Virus record (IMG/VR): IMGVR_UViG_3300017989_000062
Location: 85,483-149,482 of that record
Length of the DNA stretch: 64,000 bases
From: a virus
Taxonomy: Duplodnaviria; Heunggongvirae; Uroviricota; Caudoviricetes
Reading direction: 5' to 3' (one strand)
Positions 1 to 9,417 of the stretch are shown here, piece by piece. The translations under genes were made by a program, and so were the position numbers. The notes below the pieces were generated by a model, which was given only the letters and a program-made list of their open reading frames with translations, did no database searches and was not told the origin of the DNA. Numbering within the stretch: the first letter of the stretch is position 1; each line of letters starts with the position of its first letter.

Positions 1-1
1 A

Positions 2-1114
2 ATGAAAGATACTGAGGATGACGTAATAAAGAAGGTTCTTGAGCATGAAGGTATGCATATTTTAAACCAACATATATCTAGACTGCTCAGAATTTTGGCA
101 AATGAGGTCATGCCAGAAGCGAAGTTCGTTAAATCGAGAATCTGGAATACAGCAGCTGATTGTGCTGTTAATCCTATCATTAAAATGCCAAGAGAATGTA
201 TGATTGGTGGGAAACCGTGGGCAGGTTGTTTTCCAGACATTTATGATATGGAAGATGGTAAATCAACTGAACACTACTACCATAATTTGCTGAATGAAGT
301 AAGAGAACAAATGAAGCAAATGGGTGGCGGGAAGATGCAATTCGGTGGTGGCGGTGAGGATTATGATGAAATTGATGATCATGGTTCTTGGGGTAAAGTG
401 ACGAGTCAAGTTTCTGATGTAAGTGCCTTATCTAGAAAGATGGAAGGGTATGTTCAGGACATTATCAAAGATTCGTTGAAGAATTTTCGAAAGAAAAGGG
501 GTGAGTTGCCTGGATATATAAAGGATTTAATAGACAGAGCACTCTCTCCACCAAAAGTTCCATATTATCAAGTTATTAGAAAGCTGGTAAGGGGTTCCAG
601 GTTGAGTAAATTCAAGAGATCTTTTACCAGAATTAATCGTAAACGGACTTATGTGTTTGCAATCGGAGAACAAAATCTCCCTCAAATATCTCCATTCCCA
701 GGTCGAACTCGAGATTTCACATTTGATATTGTGGTTTTGATTGATACATCCGGTAGTATGTCACCTGATGACATCAAAGAAGGTTTGAAAGGAATCAAGA
801 ACATAATTGAAAATGATCGTCATTGTAAAACGACGGTTATTGAAAATGACACGCAAGTTCAAAAAGAATATGTGTGTAAGAAGGTTCGAGATATTGACTT
901 TGAAGTAAAGGGTAGAGGTGGGACAACTTTGTCTCCTGGACTTATGCGAGCACGTGAGTTAAAACCTGATGTGGTATTAGCTTTCACAGATGGAGGTTGT
1001 GATAACATAAACAATATCCCAAGGCAGTTACTGCCTAAGAAAATAATATGGGTCGTGCAGAAGGACGGATCAATTACCCAGATCAATAAAACTGGATACA
1101 TAGTGAGGATATGA
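2..1114 (+). CDS. vWA-domain protein with an HExxH (HEGMH) motif; 5'-partial at the window edge
   Basis: MIDAS-like 'VLIDTSGSM' (DxSxS) at about 735-760. 'HEGMHILNQH' HExxH near the N-terminus. The ORF runs from the window edge. Confidence 0.5.
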   Translation: MKDTEDDVIKKVLEHEGMHILNQHISRLLRILANEVMPEAKFVKSRIWNTAADCAVNPIIKMPRECMIGGKPWAGCFPDIYDMEDGKSTEHYYHNLLNEVREQMKQMGGGKMQFGGGGEDYDEIDDHGSWGKVTSQVSDVSALSRKMEGYVQDIIKDSLKNFRKKRGELPGYIKDLIDRALSPPKVPYYQVIRKLVRGSRLSKFKRSFTRINRKRTYVFAIGEQNLPQISPFPGRTRDFTFDIVVLIDTSGSMSPDDIKEGLKGIKNIIENDRHCKTTVIENDTQVQKEYVCKKVRDIDFEVKGRGGTTLSPGLMRARELKPDVVLAFTDGGCDNINNIPRQLLPKKIIWVVQKDGSITQINKTGYIVRI

Positions 1115-1758
1115 GAGATTTAACAGATCAAAAGTTTAACAGGTGGTATGTAATTCGCAAAGACAGCCACAACAAAAGTTACTATATATGTCGTTGTGAT
1201 TGCGGTACTGTTCGATCTATACGATCTGATGGTCTTAAATCTGGCGCATCTAAAAGTTGTGGCTGTCTTAAATCAGAAAAATGGATTGAAAGAAATACCA
1301 AATACAAGAACGGAGAGAATGTTGACACACCATTTTATCGTAGATGGGAAGAAATGAGAGGAAGATGTCAACGTTATCAAAGATATCTTAAGAAAGGTAT
1401 TCAAGTTTGTGATCGGTGGTTAGATCCACAAGATGGGTTTAAGAATTTCCATGCTGATATGTATGAAGAATATGTAAGACACGTTGAAGAACATGGATTA
1501 AATGAGACCACTCTTGATAGGATTGATAATGATGGGGATTATGAGCCATCAAACTGTAGATGGGCAACAAGAGCAGAGCAAGTTCGAAATTCTGATCGTT
1601 GTAAGCCGTTTATAGCAATTCATGAAACAGGAGTTCAAAAACGAGCGAGAGTTGCTTTAGATTTTGCAGAAGAGCATAAGCTTAGTTCTGAAATGATCTT
1701 GCGTTGTTTGCATGGACAACAAGAAACACATAGAGGATGGAGGTTTAAATATGCCTAA
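1111..1758 (+). CDS. Free-standing HNH homing endonuclease
   Basis: 'YICRCDCGTVRS..SKSCGC' Cys cluster plus 'LDRIDNDGDYEPSNCRWATRAEQVRN' HNH-type motif. It is wedged between two genes with 4-8 nt overlaps. Confidence 0.6.
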   Translation: MRDLTDQKFNRWYVIRKDSHNKSYYICRCDCGTVRSIRSDGLKSGASKSCGCLKSEKWIERNTKYKNGENVDTPFYRRWEEMRGRCQRYQRYLKKGIQVCDRWLDPQDGFKNFHADMYEEYVRHVEEHGLNETTLDRIDNDGDYEPSNCRWATRAEQVRNSDRCKPFIAIHETGVQKRARVALDFAEEHKLSSEMILRCLHGQQETHRGWRFKYA

Positions 1759-3544
1759 ATATTCAGCAAAAGATGTACGTGTTTTGAAAGAGATGGAACA
1801 CGTACAATTAAACCCCTCGATGTATATTGGAGATACTGAACGACCAACCCATCTTGTGGAAGAAGCTCTTGATAATGCTTTAGACGAGGCACAAGGTGGT
1901 CATGTATCTATCATAGCAATAAACATCGATACAAAAACAAATGTTTGTGCTGTATTAGATAATGGTAGAGGAATTCCATTAAGCAATAACACACCAATAA
2001 CTATATCAAATAAGTTGTTTTCTGGAGCAAAATTTCAAGATAAGAAAACTGCTTATGAGATTGCATCGGGACTCCACGGAGTGGGTCTTGTGGCCTTGAA
2101 CGCTCTGAGTGATTTTTACATAGTGGAAGTTTACAGAAACAAAAAACATGGAGTTTTTCGGTTTGAGAAAGGCAAACTCAAAACCAAATCAATAAAACCT
2201 TACACCGACAAAAAACCCTTTTCAACAAAAATTCAATTCAAGCCTTCCAAGAAAATCTTTGAGAATCTCGTACCCGATGTTAAACGGATTAAGAGACGAC
2301 TATGCACTGCTTCAGCTGAACTCAGCAAAAACATGACGTTTATCTTAAATGTCGACAACAAAAGAGAACTTTTTAGACTTACGCTTGATGAGCATTTTAC
2401 GGATCACGTGTTACATGACGGAGAACAACACGTTGGTCTAATGAAGTTTTCTGCAGTGGAAAGACCTGAAGCTTTCCATGCTATGTTGACATATGCGACT
2501 AACGGAAGTGTATCACCAAGAGTATTGTCATCAGTCAATCTTTTACCTGTTGATAGCGGGGGAACACATGTTAATGCCCTCTACGAGATTCTCAGAGATT
2601 TCTTCATTACAAAAGGTAAGAAATTAGGGTTTAATTTTCAACCACCGGATTGTCTTATGGGTCTTAGAGCATATTTGATGCTCAGTTTAATAGAGCCAAA
2701 GTTTTCAGGGCAAACCAAGGATAAACTGACTAACAGAAAAGTATCGCTGGACAAGTTTGTGGCTCAATTGAAAACAAAAATTGAGGCACATTTTACAGCC
2801 AATCCTGAGCAATTAACTACTCTTCTTGAGAGATTTGCTGAATATCGAGCACGGCTTGATTCAAGAAAAGTCAAAGTGATGACAAATGGTAAACGAGCCG
2901 CTACAAAGTTTACCAAATTACGAGATTGCACATCTGCACAAGGTGAACTATTTATCGTTGAGGGTGACTCTGCTGGAGGCGGTTTTGTTGAATGTAGAGA
3001 TCCAAGGAAACATGCAATATTACCACTAAAAGGTAAGATTCCAAATGTGGTAAATGCGAAAGACATTATCAAAAACAAAGAAGTTTATGAAATGATAATG
3101 GCTCTTGGGACTGGAGTGGGTCCGGACTTTGATATCTCAAGATTAAAGTATGACAAGATAATAAGCGCCGTTGATGCTGATGCTGATGGTGGTCATATAT
3201 TTTGTTTGGCAACTTTGATTCTTGCAACGTTAGTTCCTGAGATTATTTTAGGCGGACATTATTATCTGGTTGAAACACCGCTATATGCAATCAATGAGAA
3301 AAACAATTTTGTGCCGTTATGGACGAAAGAAGAAATACAAGCGGCGAGAGATCAAAAACGCCCTATCATCCGACTTAAAGGTTTGGGTGAATTAAATCCA
3401 GACCAGCTCGGTGAAGTTGCAATCAATGAAAAGAAGAGGAAACTTGTTCCAGTAACAATGACGTCGAATATCGAAAAAATGTCAAAGTTATTTGCTGACG
3501 CAGCACAAAAGCGAAAATTGCTTGAGGGGACATGGGTGATTTGA
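1751..3544 (+). CDS. DNA topoisomerase II large subunit (GyrB/T4 gp39-like; GHKL ATPase plus TOPRIM)
   Basis: 'LVEEALDNALDEA' (GHKL N-box) and 'GLHGVG'. 'EGDSAGG' (TOPRIM, 2961-2981) and 'DADADGGHI'. Start set at MPKYSAKDVRVLKE after a GGAGG RBS. Confidence 0.85.
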   Translation: MPKYSAKDVRVLKEMEHVQLNPSMYIGDTERPTHLVEEALDNALDEAQGGHVSIIAINIDTKTNVCAVLDNGRGIPLSNNTPITISNKLFSGAKFQDKKTAYEIASGLHGVGLVALNALSDFYIVEVYRNKKHGVFRFEKGKLKTKSIKPYTDKKPFSTKIQFKPSKKIFENLVPDVKRIKRRLCTASAELSKNMTFILNVDNKRELFRLTLDEHFTDHVLHDGEQHVGLMKFSAVERPEAFHAMLTYATNGSVSPRVLSSVNLLPVDSGGTHVNALYEILRDFFITKGKKLGFNFQPPDCLMGLRAYLMLSLIEPKFSGQTKDKLTNRKVSLDKFVAQLKTKIEAHFTANPEQLTTLLERFAEYRARLDSRKVKVMTNGKRAATKFTKLRDCTSAQGELFIVEGDSAGGGFVECRDPRKHAILPLKGKIPNVVNAKDIIKNKEVYEMIMALGTGVGPDFDISRLKYDKIISAVDADADGGHIFCLATLILATLVPEIILGGHYYLVETPLYAINEKNNFVPLWTKEEIQAARDQKRPIIRLKGLGELNPDQLGEVAINEKKRKLVPVTMTSNIEKMSKLFADAAQKRKLLEGTWVI

Positions 3545-3545
3545 A

Positions 3546-3953
3546 ATGTACGAGAAAATTCAAGATTGGTATAATAAAAACCAACCAAGAGAAGATCTCA
3601 TTTATAAAGACGGGTTGTGGCCTCAAATTAAAATGTTCAGAGATACTCTTCCGAGCATTCTCGCTAGATCATCAGAAGAATTCAGGGGAACTCGCGAAGG
3701 AGTTATGGTCATTAGTACCCACACGTCAAAGTCAGTGACTCTTCCCGTTTTTGAGTTACAATGGAATGACTTTCTATTTATTGCACGATATAATTTTCAT
3801 GATTGGAAATTGTCTGTTCGTGCTCCGATCAGGGTCGAATTAGGTATTGATTTTCATGGATTGTTTAAACCAGATGCAAAAATCAACAAAGTATACTGTG
3901 AAGGATTTTCAGCTGAGTGGGTGTATGGTCCTTATTCGGAGAATCAAAGGTAG
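3546..3953 (+). CDS. Hypothetical protein between the topoisomerase subunits
   Basis: ORF with continuous coding in the operon; no recognisable motif. Confidence 0.4.
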   Translation: MYEKIQDWYNKNQPREDLIYKDGLWPQIKMFRDTLPSILARSSEEFRGTREGVMVISTHTSKSVTLPVFELQWNDFLFIARYNFHDWKLSVRAPIRVELGIDFHGLFKPDAKINKVYCEGFSAEWVYGPYSENQR

Positions 3954-4032
3954 TTCACCATTGAGTTATATAACGACTATCAACTCTACACTTTCTTTTG
4001 GATTTTAAGATATCATGTTCATGGAGGAACAC

Positions 4033-4257
4033 ATGGCAAAGAAGCAGGGAAAGAATGCGAGTCGTCCGTCAGCTCAGAGATATAAGGCGGAGAAAAGATC
4101 AGAGTTCAACAGGCTGCGTAAACAGGAGAAGCATAAAAGAAAGGTGGAAAAACAAGCCAAACGTAAAGAAGAACAAAAATTGCGTAAATTACAAACGGAC
4201 GCTGTTAAACGACATCAAGGAGAATCAGATGGACCAGTTAATACCGAAGTTGTATAA
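4033..4257 (+). CDS. Small highly basic (K/R-rich) protein, possibly nucleic-acid binding
   Basis: GGAGG RBS 7 nt upstream of ATG. 74 aa with more than 35% K/R. Overlaps the start of the topoisomerase A-like gene by about 29 nt. Confidence 0.35.
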   Translation: MAKKQGKNASRPSAQRYKAEKRSEFNRLRKQEKHKRKVEKQAKRKEEQKLRKLQTDAVKRHQGESDGPVNTEVV

Positions 4258-5575
4258 AGCATACGGAGACTATATCAATTCTTTCAGGTCGTTTCCATTA
4301 GATCTGGATGGGTTAAAACCAGTTGAACGTAGGGTATTACTGTCTGCTTATCTGGTCGCAAGAGAGAAGTTTGCAAAATGTCCAAGGGTGGATGGAACTT
4401 GTATCGCCAGGTTCCATCCACACAGCACGACATATGGAACTATTGTCCAGTTGGCAAACCAAGGATTCTTAGAAAAACAAGGAAACTTTGGAAGTAATAT
4501 TGGAATAGAACCATCTCCACCTGCGGCTATGAGATACACAGAATGTAAACTTAATCCAAGAACATATGAACTGATGTTTAAGTATGTCAAGCATGTTCCT
4601 TGGGTTGATAGTGAATCCAAAGATGATAAAGAACCTCTTTATCTCCCTACTATGTTTCCAGTATGTCTTATTGGTCATGATTTTTCACAGGGAATTGGAT
4701 TTGGATTTCGGACGGTAATTCCTACATATTTCATTGCTGATTTACAGAAGCGACTTTTGTGGCTCCTCGGAATCAGAAAAACAAAACCTACTATTACGCC
4801 AAGATCCAATTGTCAAATAACTGCAGATCAAGCAGCATTGGAGTCGTTATTAACCACTGGAAAAGCTTCAATATCCATGAAAGGAGTTATCAAGGCAAAC
4901 GCAGCTTTATGCAAGGTTATTGTAAAATCTTGGCCGCCCGGTCGTAGATTTGAGGCAATTCTAAACAAACCAACCATCAAAAAATTGCTAGACAATCAAG
5001 ATATTGGTTTTATTGATTCTTCTGGTAAAAATGTTGGGACGGAAATTGTTTTCAGTGTTTTAAAACAAAGAAATCGAGATAAGATATACCGATCTTGTCT
5101 CAAAGCTATTCAAGCTGCTACAAGCAGTTCTGTAACATTTGAAATAACAATGACTGACATTAACAATCAGACAAGGGTTGTCTCTGTTGATGAAATGTTA
5201 ATGAATACGTTTAAAATGTATACAGAAGTCAATAAGACCATGTTAAACCATGAAATTGGAAAGACACAGAGTGCTATTGTAGAGTTAAACGCGTTAGCAG
5301 CAATTCGAGATCCATTAGCATTGATGATGCAGGCAACAGCCACATTTGGAAGTTATTCTTTAGAAAAGAAGGTCAAATTAATTTCAGATCAATCTAAAGT
5401 TGCTCAAGATGTGGTTAAGGAAATTCTTTCCAAGTATCCCATTCAAAAGTTATTGACTCTCGATACGGATACCACCAAGCTCCAAGAAAAGGTAACAGAA
5501 ATACAAGAAAGTTTAACAAATATTACTAATTTCGTCTTGGATCAATATAGTAAGGCGGGAAAGGAATTGTTATGA
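4229..5575 (+). CDS. DNA topoisomerase II A subunit-like (GyrA/T4 gp52-like)
   Basis: 'LKPVERRVLL' and the catalytic-Tyr motif 'AAMRYTE' (4524-4544). Start at MDQLIPKLY after an AAGGAG RBS; the ORF-track start at 3998 is probably an upstream extension. Confidence 0.8.
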   Translation: MDQLIPKLYKAYGDYINSFRSFPLDLDGLKPVERRVLLSAYLVAREKFAKCPRVDGTCIARFHPHSTTYGTIVQLANQGFLEKQGNFGSNIGIEPSPPAAMRYTECKLNPRTYELMFKYVKHVPWVDSESKDDKEPLYLPTMFPVCLIGHDFSQGIGFGFRTVIPTYFIADLQKRLLWLLGIRKTKPTITPRSNCQITADQAALESLLTTGKASISMKGVIKANAALCKVIVKSWPPGRRFEAILNKPTIKKLLDNQDIGFIDSSGKNVGTEIVFSVLKQRNRDKIYRSCLKAIQAATSSSVTFEITMTDINNQTRVVSVDEMLMNTFKMYTEVNKTMLNHEIGKTQSAIVELNALAAIRDPLALMMQATATFGSYSLEKKVKLISDQSKVAQDVVKEILSKYPIQKLLTLDTDTTKLQEKVTEIQESLTNITNFVLDQYSKAGKELL

Positions 5576-6066
5576 ACGGGAAGAAGGGATTTACGTTATT
5601 CGAATTATTGATGGCAATTGTGATCATTGGTGCTTTGTTAAGTTTTGTGTTAGGAACGATAAAGGACAACAAAGAAGAACTCAAAGAAGGTGTTGCTAAC
5701 ATTAAAGAAATCCTCAATGTTACATCTGAGGATGGTCATGTTTCCATTAAGATCACAACTAAACTAAATGAGAAAAGACCTGAATCGAAAACAGTGTCTG
5801 GTGGAGCAATTATAGAATGTGAACATGGTGACGGTTATGGAGACGGGAGGTCGGTTGTTTTCATTAATAAAGAGAAGTTTTATTTCGGTGAGAAAGATAG
5901 CTACGGAGATATCAAATCTTTTCCATGTTATCAACTCAAAGGTGTATTAGCAACTCAATGCCAGGATGGAGAGAGTGTTCTCTATGTTGGTAATAGAAAG
6001 TTTTATCTTGGCCACGATGATGGCTGGGGTGATTTGAACCCAATTCCATGTGATGGAGGAAAATAG
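5572..6066 (+). CDS. Type IV pilin/pseudopilin-like protein (prepilin N-terminal methylation motif)
   Basis: 'KKG|FTLFELLMAIVIIGALLSFV' matches the class III signal (G|FTLxE, with Glu at +5). The C-terminal half has two internal repeats, 'FYFGEKDSYGDIKSFPC' and 'FYLGHDDGWGDLNPIPC', each ending in Cys. Confidence 0.55.
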   Translation: MNGKKGFTLFELLMAIVIIGALLSFVLGTIKDNKEELKEGVANIKEILNVTSEDGHVSIKITTKLNEKRPESKTVSGGAIIECEHGDGYGDGRSVVFINKEKFYFGEKDSYGDIKSFPCYQLKGVLATQCQDGESVLYVGNRKFYLGHDDGWGDLNPIPCDGGK

Positions 6067-6510
6067 ATGCCAGTTTATCGAGTAAGAAAAATCTTTAAAC
6101 TACCTATCGGACACCGATTGAGTAAACACGCAGGTTTATGTAAAAATATTCATGGACATAACATCCGGTGTGAAATTCAGATTTCGTGTTCTGAGTTAAA
6201 TCTGAATGATATGGTTGTAGATTTTCATGATATTAAGACTATTGTTAGTGCAATTCTGGAACGTTTCGATCACGCTGTATTGATTAATAACAGTGATAAG
6301 GAATTTCGAAAGTTTGCACACCAATTTGGAGTTCGAACAATTATTTTGGAATGTTATGATGATGCGAATGTAGACCCAACGGCTGAGGTTCTAGCGAGGT
6401 ATCTATTTCAACATATTAGCACTGAGTTTCAGAGTTATAACCCGAAGCTGGTTTTGGATTTCGTGAGAATCTGGGAAAACGACGACGGTATGGCGGAGTA
6501 TTCGGAGTAA
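6067..6510 (+). CDS. queD: 6-pyruvoyl-tetrahydropterin / 6-carboxy-tetrahydropterin synthase (QueD/PTPS family)
   Basis: 'CKNIHGHN' (Cx3HGH zinc/catalytic motif) at 6139-6162. Size of 147 aa is typical of the family. Confidence 0.7.
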   Translation: MPVYRVRKIFKLPIGHRLSKHAGLCKNIHGHNIRCEIQISCSELNLNDMVVDFHDIKTIVSAILERFDHAVLINNSDKEFRKFAHQFGVRTIILECYDDANVDPTAEVLARYLFQHISTEFQSYNPKLVLDFVRIWENDDGMAEYSE

Positions 6511-6513
6511 CAT

Positions 6514-7911
6514 ATGATTGAACTGACGAGAAGATCTGGCATTGCAATTCCTACATCGTTTCAAAATGAGACGTTCTATCAAAAAATTAGAGCGCACTTA
6601 TATAGGAGAGCAAGGCAATATAACACTCCAGATTACGTCATTCAAAAATTCTTCATAGAGACGGACAAATATCTAACCATTCCAAGATTCTTCCCTGTTC
6701 ATGAGTATGTCAATTGTAAGATCAAAGACATATCACATGAAGGGGAAGATATTGAGATTGAACATAGCATAACACCAAGAAATGTGACCCAGGAAAATGC
6801 GATCAAACATATGCTAAAATATGATAGCGGCATTGTTGAATTAAATCCTGGAATGGGTAAAACAGTGATTAGTATCTATATGATTGCTGAGAGAAAAAAG
6901 AAAACTATTGTTCTCGTTCACCGAGACGGTTTGGTGAAGCAATGGAGAAACAGAGTTGTTGAACATTCGAATTTGAATGAGAGTGATATTGCCATACTTT
7001 CCTCGACAAAGTTTGAGGAAGATTTAAAGAAACCAATTATCATTGCAACAAACCAATTAATCCTATCAATCCTAAAACGAAAACGGATGGAATTTTTGAT
7101 TGCTCTGGATAAAGCAAACATTGGGATCTTTATTGGAGATGAAGTTCATACTACAATTGGAGCGCCCACATTTTCAGAAGCATCTATTCATATTCCAGCT
7201 AAAGTAGTTTGGGGTTTGAGTGCAACGCCATATAGATGGGATGGGAATACAGACATCATAGATTACCATCTTGGTAAGACATACAGTGACGAAGACACAT
7301 CAGACACGATGCCAGCAAGAGTTACAGTCTTATTATTTGATTTTGGTATAGATATTCCAAAAAGATATAAATATCTTAGATGGGAGGGTCAATTCCAAAG
7401 GAGTAGGTATCTCAATCTGATAAAGAATTCTAAAATGGTGTTGGGAATTAGCAACTCAATACTTGAAAAGTTTCGCTCACGTCACGTATTATATGTTGCA
7501 GAAAGACTCAATCTTTTGGGATTAGTTTCTGATGCAATTGAACATGAGAGTAAAGCAATGTTTACTGCTGGTTGCCCATTGGAAGCATTGGAAGAAAATT
7601 TAACCTTTTCAACTCCAGGTAAGTGTCGAGATGGTATTGATGCTCCTTGGAAAGATGTTTGTGTGTTAACCTCACCAATCAAAAATATCCATCAGATGGT
7701 TGGTAGAATTAATCGTAAACATCCAGGTAAACAGGATCCAATAGTGGTCGATATGGTCGATATTGGTTGTCCTGAAATATCAAATACATATTTTGGACGC
7801 AATCAATATTACAATGACAAGGGATGGAAAGTACAGTATATAGTCGTTGATCAAGCACATAATCTCCATCCAGTTGATGAAAAGGTTGCTATTAACATTC
7901 TGCGGGGGTAA
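6514..7911 (+). CDS. SF2 DEAD/DEAH-box helicase (UvsW/Res-like)
   Basis: Walker A 'NPGMGKTV', DEVH box 'FIGDEVHT', motif III 'GLSATPYR'. Confidence 0.7.
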   Translation: MIELTRRSGIAIPTSFQNETFYQKIRAHLYRRARQYNTPDYVIQKFFIETDKYLTIPRFFPVHEYVNCKIKDISHEGEDIEIEHSITPRNVTQENAIKHMLKYDSGIVELNPGMGKTVISIYMIAERKKKTIVLVHRDGLVKQWRNRVVEHSNLNESDIAILSSTKFEEDLKKPIIIATNQLILSILKRKRMEFLIALDKANIGIFIGDEVHTTIGAPTFSEASIHIPAKVVWGLSATPYRWDGNTDIIDYHLGKTYSDEDTSDTMPARVTVLLFDFGIDIPKRYKYLRWEGQFQRSRYLNLIKNSKMVLGISNSILEKFRSRHVLYVAERLNLLGLVSDAIEHESKAMFTAGCPLEALEENLTFSTPGKCRDGIDAPWKDVCVLTSPIKNIHQMVGRINRKHPGKQDPIVVDMVDIGCPEISNTYFGRNQYYNDKGWKVQYIVVDQAHNLHPVDEKVAINILRG

Positions 7912-7933
7912 AGAATGATATCAGTGAGGAAAC

Positions 7934-8368
7934 ATGAAGTACAAAGCAAGCGAGGTGACAAATAGTTCTTCAACCTCATTTATGGTGTACATTCCACCAA
8001 ACCTTGATATTAGGAAATTTCTTCATTTAATTCCAGAACAGATACATAAGGATTATGAAGACCAATCTAAACATTATGATGGTGCTATCGATCCACTTTC
8101 AAAATTGGTTGTTGAAAGGTTCGAAATGGCTCAAGAATATGTTTCATCATCAGTTTATGATGAATCTATGTATCAAAGTGATAGAGCTTTGATGTCCATT
8201 TTACAAGAGTTAGATCTGATTATTGATGAATGGGATTCTTGTCTCGGAGGAGGACAGTTGATTAATATTGGACATTCAACTATTCAAGACGGTGTTAAAA
8301 ATATTAAAGAAGGGAATTGGGGTATTCGACATGGTGGTTGGGGATCGAAAGACGGAGACACAATATGA
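7934..8368 (+). CDS. Small acidic protein carrying the conserved N-terminal tag MKYKASEVTNSSSTSF (tag family member A)
   Basis: The N-terminal 16 aa are shared with four other ORFs in this window; the rest of the protein is unrelated to them. Confidence 0.6.
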   Translation: MKYKASEVTNSSSTSFMVYIPPNLDIRKFLHLIPEQIHKDYEDQSKHYDGAIDPLSKLVVERFEMAQEYVSSSVYDESMYQSDRALMSILQELDLIIDEWDSCLGGGQLINIGHSTIQDGVKNIKEGNWGIRHGGWGSKDGDTI

Positions 8369-9417
8369 AATTTATTAGTATAGCAGATTTACATCTCTCA
8401 ATGTATTCTCAAGATCCAATTTTACAGGGGGTGCCTGAGAGATTGTATTTTCTAGACTTAGTCCTGAGAAATATTGCAGAATATGCGATTGCTCAGAAAA
8501 TTCCAAAAATTGTTATTGCTGGAGACACGTTTCATACAAAAAGTGTGATACATGCTCTTGCACAATCTATGTTATTAGATTATGTAAGAGATTATCGTGA
8601 TAAAGTTGAATTTATTTCAATTGATGGAAATCATGATATGTCTTCAAAGTCTGGTGAAGGTGTGTCAGCTCTAAAATGTTTGGACGTAGAACCAAATGTG
8701 GATATGATTCACACACCAAAACAAATCGAAAATGTACTCTTTGTTCCGTGGCATGCAAAGACGATGGTAAAAACAATAAAAGAGAATGCTGCTGACGTGT
8801 TAGTGTCTCATTTCGGTTTAAACGAGGCACAATTAAACAGTGGTATATCTATTATATCAGACATCGGGATCGGCGACCTGCGGAGCTATAAGCGGTGCAT
8901 AATCGGACATTACCATGCTCCCCAAGAGCTAGGAAATGTTATTATACCTGGTTCAATCATACAATTGGATTGGGGTGAGAAACATGAGGAAAAACGATTT
9001 ATTGTAATGGATACGGAGACGGATAAAGTTCAATCTATTCCAACTTCGGGATATAAGAAACATTACGTTATCGAGATTACCTCAGAAAACAAAGATGAAC
9101 AAGTTATTGAAGCTTTGAAACTAAAGGAAGAAGGACATGCAGTAAACATTCATAGAGTATCAAACGATGTGGATGTTGAAGATTTGCGAGAAAATTTTAG
9201 AGTTGTTGACAAGGTAGAAAAGGATATAACAAATAGAGGAATAGACTCGAGCATGTCAACTGCTGATAAATTACGCCGCTATATGGAAATACAAGAAATT
9301 CCAGAAGAGGATAGAGAAGAATACCTCAAATGCGGCTTAGATATTATCAGCACAGTGACGGGAGGAGAAACAGAATGTACATCTTACTCATCATCTTGTG
9401 GCTTGGTATCGGTATAA
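8365..9417 (+). CDS. Mre11/SbcD-like nuclease (T4 gp47-like; calcineurin-like phosphoesterase)
   Basis: 'IADLHL' (DxH), 'IAGDTFH' (GD) and 'IDGNHD' (GNHD/E) phosphoesterase motifs. Start at MKFISIADLHL. Confidence 0.75.
   Translation: MKFISIADLHLSMYSQDPILQGVPERLYFLDLVLRNIAEYAIAQKIPKIVIAGDTFHTKSVIHALAQSMLLDYVRDYRDKVEFISIDGNHDMSSKSGEGVSALKCLDVEPNVDMIHTPKQIENVLFVPWHAKTMVKTIKENAADVLVSHFGLNEAQLNSGISIISDIGIGDLRSYKRCIIGHYHAPQELGNVIIPGSIIQLDWGEKHEEKRFIVMDTETDKVQSIPTSGYKKHYVIEITSENKDEQVIEALKLKEEGHAVNIHRVSNDVDVEDLRENFRVVDKVEKDITNRGIDSSMSTADKLRRYMEIQEIPEEDREEYLKCGLDIISTVTGGETECTSYSSSCGLVSV

Noticed and set aside
2764-3078. Assorted 60-110-aa antisense ORFs inside the topoisomerase, RNAP, terminase and tape-measure-like genes
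   Set aside because: They are fully embedded antisense to genes with strong motif support, lack RBSs and have low-complexity translations. They are typical frame-shadow ORFs.
3998-4228. N-terminal 77-codon extension of the topoisomerase A-like ORF given in the ORF track
   Set aside because: The extension is low-complexity and R/K-rich, with no homology to GyrA or gp52 N-termini. A good AAGGAG RBS precedes the internal Met at 4229, and the region is better explained by the separate small basic ORF 4033..4257.
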